A stretch of 64,000 nt of DNA from Candidatus Cloacimonadales bacterium (GTDB lineage: Bacteria; Cloacimonadota; Cloacimonadia; Cloacimonadales; JAIOQZ01), in assembly GCA_963662655.2 (NCBI GenBank), contig CAXXTU010000002.1, positions 544,001 to 608,000 of the forward strand, written 5' to 3'. The first letter of the stretch is position 1, and the number at the start of each line of letters is the position of its first letter. A program made the translations under genes and the position numbers. Below, piece after piece: positions 9,703 to 18,211 of this stretch. The notes beneath the pieces were generated by a model. That model was not told where the DNA came from. It did no database searches and worked only from the letters and a program-made list of their open reading frames with translations.

Positions 9703-12240
9703 TTATTCTAGATACTTGGGAATCGTGAAGCAGAATCTGCTGCCTTTCTCCAATTCCGATTCCACCCAGATGTTTCCTTCGTTACGTTCCACAAACTCTC
9801 TACAGAGTAGCAATCCCAGGCCGGTCCCCGTTTCCTTAGCTGTTCCGACCGTCGAGAAGTTCACCTCGGGATCGAATAGCTGCTTCACAATGTCCTCCGG
9901 GATACCTGTCCCCGTATCTTTCACGCAAAATTCGATTAAATCGCCATTGTGTCTGGAACTTACTTCCACGTATCCTCCCGCGGATGTGAATTTGATGGCG
10001 TTGGAAACAAGGTTGCGGATGATTGTCTGGAACATGTTCTTGTCGCAGAAAATTTCATGCTTTTCCGAAGTGGATGACCTAAGCTCGATGCCCTTAGTCT
10101 CGGCAGTGATGTTCAATAGGTTGATAATCTCGTCTACTACTTGCTTTGCATTGACCCGTTCCTGGTTGATAACGATGTTCCCCGCCTGGCTGATCGACCA
10201 CTCGAGAAGGTTGTCGAGGAGGTTGTTCACCTGGCTGGCGGCCGTGTAGATGGTTCGTGCCTGCTTGATCTTCTTCTCGTCGTCGAAGCGATCGTAGAAG
10301 GTATAGAGCAATTCGGCCGAACCCATGAGAGAGCTGAAGGGGCCGCGAAGATCGTGCGCGATGATCGAGAAGAACTTGTTCTTCGTCGCGTTCGCCTGCC
10401 GCAGCTGCATCTCGCGTCGCAGCAGCTCGATTTCCACTACCTTCCTGTCCGTAATGTCCAGGATATAGCCAAAGAATTCCTCAACCGTATCCGCATTGTT
10501 TCCGCGCACGGCTCCCGTAAGATCGTAAACCCAGCGAATGGCGTGATCCGGCGAGACGATGCGGTACTCGGCGGACTGGATATTATGCCCGATTTCGAAG
10601 ACGCGTTCGTTCTTCTCGGGTATGTTCCCGATGTCTTCAGGGTGAACGATATTGAGCCACTCGTGGTAATTCTTCCCGATCAACGATTCCGGAGAATATC
10701 CGTACTTGCTGATGTTGGGTGAAACGTACTCGAGAAAGAGTCCCATGTCGTTCGCGCGCCATTTGAACGTGGTAACCGGACCTTCCATGAAGATGTCCCG
10801 CTCCTCCGACAGCGTGCGCAGCACTTTCTTCTTCTCGGTGATATCGGTGATGATTCCTTCCACGGCAACCGGATCCGAAAGGATGTCCTCGATCACCGCC
10901 AGATAAATGAGAATCCACTTGCATTCGCCATCCTTGGTCTCGATGGCGAATTCATCGTAAGGGTTCGTTTTGCCCATAACGATATTGGCCCAGATATCCT
11001 TGAAATACTCCTTGTAATCGGGATGTATAATGCTGTTGAGGAAATACGGTTTATCATAGCACTCTTCGGGCGTGTAACCTGAGATATCTTGGATAGAGGG
11101 GCTGACGTATTCGAGTACGCCGTCGGTGAGAGACATCCTGAAAAAGATCGCCTGGGCGTTCTGCGCAAGCGAGTAGAACAGGTTGTTGTTCTCGAGGAGG
11201 ACGTCCTGCCAGTCCATGTTGTCATGGCTGTCGTCCACATCGGAGAAAACGACCATCGGTGTATTTTCGCTGTAATTCTCGAATCTGATGGACGTCGACT
11301 GCTTGAATTTGTCCAGGATGGACTGGATGCGTTCCATGGATGTTAGGACGCGAGAGATGTATCGTTTCTGCTTGGGTTCCATGAAGCCCGGCATCATGCT
11401 CATTTCGAGCATTTCGAGATTGCCGCGCAGTATCATCAACGGCTGATTGATCTCGTGGTTTGCCGTGACGGCCATCGCGAAGGCGGAGTTCTTCTTCTCG
11501 AGCTGGATGATCTCTTCCTGCGCTGTTTTCAGCTTCCGGTAGGATTCCTTGAGCTGTTCTTCAGCGCGTACACGCTCATCGATATCCACGATAATGGCGA
11601 TCGCGGAGGTGAACTGAAGCTCGCTGTCGAGAATGGGGGAGACGGAGAAATCGCCCCAGAACACGGAGGAGTCTTTCCGTACAAACCGATTCTGATTGCG
11701 GAATTTCTTGAGCTTGCCTTCGAGCAAATGATGAAAGCAAAGCCGGTTATGTTCGATGTCCTCTTCGTGAATCAATTGCTGGTAGCTCAGGTTGATTACT
11801 TCAGATTGATCGTAGCCGAGCATGTCACCGAAGTTCGTGTTCGCGAATACGATGTTTCCTTCGCAATCGAGCATCATGAGGCCGACGATGGCGTTATCGA
11901 AGATCACGCGAAGCTTTTCTTCTTCCTCGCGCAACTTCTCCATGGCCTGCGTGATTTCGACATCTCGTTTCTTCAGAATATCCTGCGTCGTAATGAGCTT
12001 GTTCTGCACGGAATCGTTGATGTTGGTTATCTTCAGCATTTTCACGAGCAGCTTGTAGTAATTCTTGTTCAGCGAGCGCAGTCTGTCTTTCAGCTGATCG
12101 GGCGAAAGGTTGTCCAAATCTTCTGCATCATGATTCTCGAGAAATATTTCGAATTCTCTTCGATAAAATTTCTGCAGCTCCTCGTCACGAACTTTTTGCT
12201 TTTGAGATGAAATACCCTGTCCAGGTTTTTTCATTATCAA
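9703..12240 (-). CDS. Cytoplasmic multi-PAS histidine kinase with a SiaD-like N-terminal helix and two HisKA boxes
   Basis: Three PAS/PAC repeats, H-boxes ANHEINQPL and IAHDLRGPF, and HATPase motifs NLVSNAIKF, DTGTGI and GTGLGL. Confidence 0.9.
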   Translation of the reverse strand: MIMKKPGQGISSQKQKVRDEELQKFYRREFEIFLENHDAEDLDNLSPDQLKDRLRSLNKNYYKLLVKMLKITNINDSVQNKLITTQDILKKRDVEITQAMEKLREEEEKLRVIFDNAIVGLMMLDCEGNIVFANTNFGDMLGYDQSEVINLSYQQLIHEEDIEHNRLCFHHLLEGKLKKFRNQNRFVRKDSSVFWGDFSVSPILDSELQFTSAIAIIVDIDERVRAEEQLKESYRKLKTAQEEIIQLEKKNSAFAMAVTANHEINQPLMILRGNLEMLEMSMMPGFMEPKQKRYISRVLTSMERIQSILDKFKQSTSIRFENYSENTPMVVFSDVDDSHDNMDWQDVLLENNNLFYSLAQNAQAIFFRMSLTDGVLEYVSPSIQDISGYTPEECYDKPYFLNSIIHPDYKEYFKDIWANIVMGKTNPYDEFAIETKDGECKWILIYLAVIEDILSDPVAVEGIITDITEKKKVLRTLSEERDIFMEGPVTTFKWRANDMGLFLEYVSPNISKYGYSPESLIGKNYHEWLNIVHPEDIGNIPEKNERVFEIGHNIQSAEYRIVSPDHAIRWVYDLTGAVRGNNADTVEEFFGYILDITDRKVVEIELLRREMQLRQANATKNKFFSIIAHDLRGPFSSLMGSAELLYTFYDRFDDEKKIKQARTIYTAASQVNNLLDNLLEWSISQAGNIVINQERVNAKQVVDEIINLLNITAETKGIELRSSTSEKHEIFCDKNMFQTIIRNLVSNAIKFTSAGGYVEVSSRHNGDLIEFCVKDTGTGIPEDIVKQLFDPEVNFSTVGTAKETGTGLGLLLCREFVERNEGNIWVESELEKGSRFCFTIPKYLE

Positions 12241-12270
12241 TCACTCCAATCTGGATATTCAACAAGCTTC

Positions 12271-12645
12271 TCAATATAGAATCAACTGGTACGGCAGGTT
12301 CATGTCCTCGAGTAGTTCCTCGCCTGCGTCGTAGATGTCGTCGTCATCCTCTTTGTAATACCAGTTGATCATCACTTCACCGCCGTCAGCCGCGTAGTTC
12401 TCGAGAATCTCGAATATATCGAGGAAGCATTTGGACGAACTGCTGTTGATGTAGTTCATCCGAATATTCAGCGTGATCCCACGCTTGATCTGAGAGATGT
12501 AATTTTCGATCCACTCGTTGATCGGTTCGAAGAAATTCATGGCGTCTTCGGGGTAAGAATTACCCAGCATATTGAAGATGCCGGTATCCGGATCGAGATC
12601 GACTTCTATCGTATATTTCGTTGGTTCAAGTTTTAATCGTTCCAT
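12271..12645 (-). CDS. siaC: SiaC family (DUF1987) phosphoswitch protein
   Basis: 124 aa with 'GNSYPEDAMNFFEPI', 'YINSSSSK' and 'INWYY..DDDDIYDAGEE'. Located after a SiaB-like gene. Confidence 0.85.
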   Translation of the reverse strand: MERLKLEPTKYTIEVDLDPDTGIFNMLGNSYPEDAMNFFEPINEWIENYISQIKRGITLNIRMNYINSSSSKCFLDIFEILENYAADGGEVMINWYYKEDDDDIYDAGEELLEDMNLPYQLILY

Positions 12646-12654
12646 GCTGACTCC

Positions 12655-13224
12655 TTAAATTTCCTTATCCAGTTCGATAAAGAAACTGATAAATGATACA
12701 CCGTCACGAATAGGTTTGATCTTGTACTCGATTTTGCTTTTCGCCTTGCGGATGATATCGATCAAACCGATCCCCGCGCCTACTTTGCCTTCTTCCCGTT
12801 CCTTGCGAAGCAGATCCTTGCGGTATTGCTTCAACTCGTCGGGGTCCATCTTGTTGATGATATCGAGATGAGAGGAGAGGTTTGCGATGTGCTTCTGATC
12901 GATGACGTTGCCGGAGATGATGCTGTAATAGCCATCGTATTCATTGACAAGCACGATACCGCAACCGACTTTTTTACCATCGATATCGACACGTTCGGCA
13001 GAGTAGCGGTGTATGTTTTGAGCCAGCTCAACGAAGATGGAGAACATCTTTTTCGTTGATCCCATTTGCGAAAACTGTGTCAGGTTGTTGGCCAGCATTT
13101 CGGCGAGCAAAACCAGAATATCCTGAGTCAAAACGCCTTTGAACATCAGGATCGATTTCTCCAACCCTTTCTTCGAGTATAACTCGAAGAGGTCATCGCT
13201 CGATACAAAGATCGAATGATACAT
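12655..13224 (-). CDS. siaB: SiaB family protein kinase (GHKL-like)
   Basis: Motifs 'FSIFVELAQNIHRYS', 'ISGNVI' and 'GAGIGLIDIIRK'. Lies between a PP2C phosphatase gene and siaC. Confidence 0.85.
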   Translation of the reverse strand: MYHSIFVSSDDLFELYSKKGLEKSILMFKGVLTQDILVLLAEMLANNLTQFSQMGSTKKMFSIFVELAQNIHRYSAERVDIDGKKVGCGIVLVNEYDGYYSIISGNVIDQKHIANLSSHLDIINKMDPDELKQYRKDLLRKEREEGKVGAGIGLIDIIRKAKSKIEYKIKPIRDGVSFISFFIELDKEI

Positions 13225-13239
13225 AGTTACAACTCCAAT

Positions 13240-16200
13240 CTATTGATTTTCTTCAAGTTTATAGCGGAACCCCATGATCGTGATATCGTCCCTCTGGTCT
13301 TCGAAGTTCTGGTGATCACTCAGGGTTTTAGCGAGGATATCCTTCTGTTCCTGAACGGGCAGGCCGGATATCTCACTCATCAGGGTTTTCAAGCGACGGG
13401 ACCCGAACTTTTCATCGTAAGGGTTATTCTGATCCACATAACCATCCGTTGTCAGATAAACCATGTCTCCGTCAATCATCTCAATCTCGTGGTCGGTATA
13501 CACACGTTCGTCCTCGCGTTGTTTGCCGCCGATTCCCTTGTTGTTTCCTTTGAACTCGAGCAGGATACCGTTGTCTCTGTTCTCCTGTTTGCGAGAGATA
13601 TAGAGCGGGCGTCCAGCGCCGCAGTAAATCATCGTGGACGAGCCTTTTTCGAGGCGGCAAAGGCAAATCTCCAGGCCGTCGCGCGTTGAGGCGTCCGGGT
13701 CTTCCTGGCGAAGAACGATCTGCATTTGAACGTGCAACTCGCTCAGGATTTTCGAAGGCTCGTAGGTCTTGTGCTGCTTCACGATTTCGTTCAGCAGCAT
13801 GTTGCCGATGATCGAGAGCAGAGCTCCGGGAACGCCGTGTCCCGTGCAGTCCGCAGCGGCGATGAATCGATAATCGCCTTCCACGGAGTACCAGTAGAAG
13901 TCGCCTGCGATGATATCCCGTGGCTTGTATATGATGAATACATCATTGAATACTTTGTTAAGATTATCGATCATGGGGAGGATCGCTCCCTGGATTCGCT
14001 TGGAGTAGCGGATACTGCTCATGATCTGCTGATTCTTGTCGTTCAATTCCTGCGTGCGCTCCTGAACAAGTCGCTCGAGCTCGGCGTTACGCCGTTTGAG
14101 GATTGCCACTCTGCCGCGGATAATCAGGAAAATCAGTCCCCCCAGGATAATGATTTCAAGCGCGTAGAACCAAATGGTTGTCCAAAACGGTTTCTTGATG
14201 GTGAAGCTGAACGCCGCAACATTGCTCTGGTTCCCGTGCCGATCTCTTGAATTGACCTTGAAGGTGTACGTCCCGGGATCGAGGTTCGTGTAGCGGATCT
14301 TGTTTTCGTTTGTCGGAGCGGACCAGTCTTTATCGTAGTTCTCCAGCATATACTGGTACATGACCTGCTTCGGGAAGCGGAAGTCCAGCCCGATATACGA
14401 GAAGTTCACATCGTTGTCGAAGTAGGAGAGAACGATGAGTTCCTTTCCGGGATTGTTGTACTTGCGCTCCTTGGTCTGGAAGTAATTGATGTACAACAAC
14501 GGCGGAATTTTATCGGCATCGGAGCGGTACGGATCGATTTTCATCGCGCCGAACGCTGAATTGAACCACACATTTCCCTTATTGTCGACGTACGAACCAT
14601 TCGATCGGGTCGCGTTTGCGACAAGCCCGTCAACCATCGTGTATTTCTTGTAGTTGCCGTCCTTGTACTCGAAAATGCCGTTAATGGTTCCAATCCATAT
14701 ATTCCCGAGTTTGTCCCGAACGAGTGACTTGATTATCTCAGCGTCTTTGAACTCGTCAACGATCTTTTTGACGTATTTCCCCTGGTCCATGTCAAAGACA
14801 ATGATTCCTTCACCATACGTGGCGCACCACAGGGTATGATCGTCGTATTGAATCAAGTCGACCACGTTGGAGGTAAAAAGCTGGGAGTCTTGCTTGAATT
14901 GGGCGATGATATTGCCTTCGCTATTCAGCTTCAGGAGTCCCAAGTCTCCGGAAGCGCACCACAGGTTACCCTCATGATCCTCGATGATCTCATAGATGGC
15001 GGTGGCTTCATCGAAGTTGATGATCTTCACCTTGCCATTGCTGAATCTCAGCAGCTCTTCATATCGTGGAACCCAAAGGTTGTTCTGGCTATCGAGGAAA
15101 ATCTCCGTAATGTAGGAGGGGTCTTTCTTCACACCCTCCGGCAGCATGTTGACAAATCGCGTGCCGTCGAATCGGAATATCTCACCGTACAGGCATCCGA
15201 CCCACACGTCTCCCTTCGAGTCAAGAGATAATGCCCAAGTATGCTCGTTGGTCAGGCCGTCCTTGGTCGTATAGTTTCGTATTGTGCCGTTCGGGTAAAG
15301 GCGTGCCACGCCCTTGTCGCAACTGAACCAGATCGAGCCGTCGGCTGTTTCAAGGGTGTTTGCCGTCGATTGATGGGGGAGGCCGTTACGCTCCGTGTAA
15401 TTCGTGATCTTGCCGGGGATAAGCATATCGACGCCGGTACCGTTGGTGCCAAACCACAAGTTGTCTTCACGGTCCAGAAGGATCGATTGGATCGAATTGG
15501 ATGATAGACCGTTGTTCTGCGTGTAAAGGATCGTTTTTTTTGTGCTCAGGTCGTACTTGATCAGGCCGTACGCCGTAGCGATCCACAGCCCGTCTTCAAA
15601 GAGAACATTGTCTTCAATATCTTTCAGATTGCCGATAGCGGGATTGACGCGATGCCCGGTTCTTGCCGTCTTACCGGTATCTGGATTGTAGCTCTCGATA
15701 TACCCTTCGCCAGTGAAGAACCAGTAAGCGCTGTCCTCATCTTGGTAAAATCCTACGTCATTATCTTCGTCGCGTCCGTAAATGAACTGGAGCGAGCTGG
15801 AATGTATAATTGGCGATACCGTGTTATCTTTGCGATTGTAATGGAAAATGTAGTCGTTCTCCATGTACAGATCGAAGGTGTATATGAAATATTCATCCTC
15901 TCGATCGTCTATTTCAATGAGCGACGAATAGAAATTGGGGCCGGTGGGGATGTCGAATTCTTCGGAGATGTTTACAATGCGGTCGTACTTCATGTCGACA
16001 ACGAGAACCTTGTTGCTCGATCGAACGTACAGCAGGTCTTGCGTCGCATAGCCAAAACCGGTCTGCTGGTCGGCAATTTCAATGGGGAGCTGCGTAAGAT
16101 CATAGGCCTTTTCGAAATTCTTTGCGTCATTGTCGTAAAGGTAAATGGTCGTTTTCGAAGCAGCGTGTATCCATGTGCGAAGCGAATCTCTGTCCCAATC

Positions 16201-16578
16201 CATCAGGATGATCTCGTCATGGATGTTTTCATGGAACCATTTCTCGTCAAATGCGTACAGGCTGTCGTTCTCGAGCACGGTCAGGGAATTGAACCCAAAA
16301 AAGTAGTAAACTCCCTCCTTTTCATCCTCCATCATTCCCGAGAGATTGTTCGAAGCGAGGCCGTTTGAGACGGTGTAATTCTTGAAATTGAATCCATCGA
16401 ATCTGGATACGCCTCCATGCGTGCGAAACCATATAAATCCCTTGGTGTCCTGAAAGGACGACATCACCTGATTCTGGGGCAAGCCGTCTCTCGTATCGTA
16501 GTTACGAAGGGGTAACATTTGCGCAGAAAGGCATATTGTCGCCAAAAGGAATGTGAAGCAAAGCAATCGCTTGGTCAT
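13240..16578 (-). CDS. Membrane sensor phosphatase: Reg_prop beta-propeller, Y_Y_Y, TM and SpoIIE/PP2C domains (SiaA analogue)
   Basis: Signal peptide, repeats 'GLPQNQV/GLSSNSI', 'YTNLDPGTYTFKV', a TM helix, and PP2C motifs 'AGDFYW', 'ADCTGHGVPGA', 'TDGYVDQ' and 'QRDDIT'. Confidence 0.9.
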   Translation of the reverse strand: MTKRLLCFTFLLATICLSAQMLPLRNYDTRDGLPQNQVMSSFQDTKGFIWFRTHGGVSRFDGFNFKNYTVSNGLASNNLSGMMEDEKEGVYYFFGFNSLTVLENDSLYAFDEKWFHENIHDEIILMDWDRDSLRTWIHAASKTTIYLYDNDAKNFEKAYDLTQLPIEIADQQTGFGYATQDLLYVRSSNKVLVVDMKYDRIVNISEEFDIPTGPNFYSSLIEIDDREDEYFIYTFDLYMENDYIFHYNRKDNTVSPIIHSSSLQFIYGRDEDNDVGFYQDEDSAYWFFTGEGYIESYNPDTGKTARTGHRVNPAIGNLKDIEDNVLFEDGLWIATAYGLIKYDLSTKKTILYTQNNGLSSNSIQSILLDREDNLWFGTNGTGVDMLIPGKITNYTERNGLPHQSTANTLETADGSIWFSCDKGVARLYPNGTIRNYTTKDGLTNEHTWALSLDSKGDVWVGCLYGEIFRFDGTRFVNMLPEGVKKDPSYITEIFLDSQNNLWVPRYEELLRFSNGKVKIINFDEATAIYEIIEDHEGNLWCASGDLGLLKLNSEGNIIAQFKQDSQLFTSNVVDLIQYDDHTLWCATYGEGIIVFDMDQGKYVKKIVDEFKDAEIIKSLVRDKLGNIWIGTINGIFEYKDGNYKKYTMVDGLVANATRSNGSYVDNKGNVWFNSAFGAMKIDPYRSDADKIPPLLYINYFQTKERKYNNPGKELIVLSYFDNDVNFSYIGLDFRFPKQVMYQYMLENYDKDWSAPTNENKIRYTNLDPGTYTFKVNSRDRHGNQSNVAAFSFTIKKPFWTTIWFYALEIIILGGLIFLIIRGRVAILKRRNAELERLVQERTQELNDKNQQIMSSIRYSKRIQGAILPMIDNLNKVFNDVFIIYKPRDIIAGDFYWYSVEGDYRFIAAADCTGHGVPGALLSIIGNMLLNEIVKQHKTYEPSKILSELHVQMQIVLRQEDPDASTRDGLEICLCRLEKGSSTMIYCGAGRPLYISRKQENRDNGILLEFKGNNKGIGGKQREDERVYTDHEIEMIDGDMVYLTTDGYVDQNNPYDEKFGSRRLKTLMSEISGLPVQEQKDILAKTLSDHQNFEDQRDDITIMGFRYKLEENQ

Positions 16579-17037
16579 GTATCCTCCCGATCTTGATATG
16601 TTCTGACGAGATCCACATCAGAAAACAGCACACCGTATTTGTAACACAACACGGTTATAAGACCTTTTCAGTAGCATTTCAGTGCTATAGGAATCACATA
16701 ATTCATGTCATCCATTTATACAGGTTTTACGCCAATTGACGTCAATTAAAATCTGAGGAATCCTGTCTTTTTTTTTACAAAAATCAAATCCAATCAAAAT
16801 ACAACGAACGAAAAATCGCATGACCTTTTCTGGCGTATTCATCTGGCGCTCGATACTTAATATGTTGCTGTGTAATAGAATATGCCGGAGGTTTGCCTTT
16901 TGCAAGTGTTCGCGATTGCTTGATATAGCCTATCGAGATAAGCTTAAGGAAAAATCCATGAAAAACGGGATAGCATTACGTTCCGGCTCGTGTTCTCATG
17001 GAATAGAAACACAATGAAACAATCCATAAGGATGGCG

Positions 17038-17979
17038 TCATTGGCAGTGATCATTTTCGCATCGGACCTCCGCGATAATGCTCGTCCCGCACTTCGTCCC
17101 TGTTTCGAATTGCAGCGTTGTATGATCGATGTTAAAACGTTCGTGCAGAATCGATACGATGCGGTCTTTTAATGCGGTTGTTTCGGAAAGCATCATATCT
17201 TCTACATCAATATGGGCTTCCAGGTAATGCAGGTTTTCATCGTACATCCAGATGTGGACGTGATGGAAGCTCTGAACCTGATCGAGTTCTTCGATGGCCT
17301 GCTGCATCTCATTCAAATCGATTTGCGGGGATGTTTGCATGAGGACATCTGTGGAGGTTTTCAGGATGTGCCAGGTTTCCTTAAGGATGTAGAGGGCGAT
17401 CAGCATGGTTACCAGCGGATCGATCCAGTAGATTTTCCAGATATGGATTGCGACACCTCCTGCGATGACACCCACAGAGGAAATGGTGTCGCCCAGAAGA
17501 TGGAGGTAGCTCGAACGGAGATTGAGGCTTTGCTTCGAGTGAGTGTGAAGCAGAAGCACGGATACGAAATTTGCCAAGAGGCCGATCGTAGCGACAGTGA
17601 TCATCAAACCGCTCCGGATCGGCTCGGGATGGATGAAACGCTGGATGGACTCGTAGATCAGGTAGAAGGAGATGAGGAACAGAAAAGCGGAATTGATGAA
17701 AGCAGCCAGCGTTTGCGCTCGCTTGTATCCGTAGGTTTTTCGCTCGTTGCGGGGCTTTTGCGAAATCAGGATGGCAAGGTAGCTGATGACCATCGCCATG
17801 GTGTCGCTGAGATTGTGAATGGCATCAGAGAGGAGCGCGAGGCTCCCCGAGAGCAGGCCGCCGACGACTTCCGCGACGGTGATCGTGAAGTTCATGAGAA
17901 TGACGAAAAGCAGTCTGCTCTTGGGGATGCCTTCTACGCCATGGTGGTGATGATGGTGCGCGTGGCTGTGGTTATGCAT
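17038..17979 (-). CDS. czcD: Cation diffusion facilitator (CzcD/ZitB-like Zn/Co/Cd exporter)
   Basis: His-rich N-terminus, 'SLALLSDAIHNLSD', 'HLLGD', 'HHVHIW' and 'HTTLQFE'. Confidence 0.9.
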   Translation of the reverse strand: MHNHSHAHHHHHHGVEGIPKSRLLFVILMNFTITVAEVVGGLLSGSLALLSDAIHNLSDTMAMVISYLAILISQKPRNERKTYGYKRAQTLAAFINSAFLFLISFYLIYESIQRFIHPEPIRSGLMITVATIGLLANFVSVLLLHTHSKQSLNLRSSYLHLLGDTISSVGVIAGGVAIHIWKIYWIDPLVTMLIALYILKETWHILKTSTDVLMQTSPQIDLNEMQQAIEELDQVQSFHHVHIWMYDENLHYLEAHIDVEDMMLSETTALKDRIVSILHERFNIDHTTLQFETGTKCGTSIIAEVRCENDHCQ

Positions 17980-17986
17980 ATTCTCC

Positions 17987-18202
17987 TCATGGTTGAATCA
18001 GCTCGGGTGTGTAACCGATCCGCTTCATCATATCGCTTATTTCGTGTTCTTCAAGTGTATCGTGCGCGGTGACAACGATCTCCTTTCTATCGAGATCGAA
18101 CGAGACATCCTCGATGCCGTCAAGTTGCGACAGCGCTTTGTTTATCGTGTTCTTGCACATCATGCAGTGCATGTCTTCAACGGTGTATTTGAAGGTTTTC
18201 AT
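17987..18202 (-). CDS. copZ: Heavy-metal-associated (HMA) chaperone, CopZ-like
   Basis: 71 aa with an MHCxxC motif and terminal 'IGY'. Directly downstream of the Cu ATPase gene. Confidence 0.85.
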   Translation of the reverse strand: MKTFKYTVEDMHCMMCKNTINKALSQLDGIEDVSFDLDRKEIVVTAHDTLEEHEISDMMKRIGYTPELIQP

Positions 18203-18211
18203 GATCTCTCC

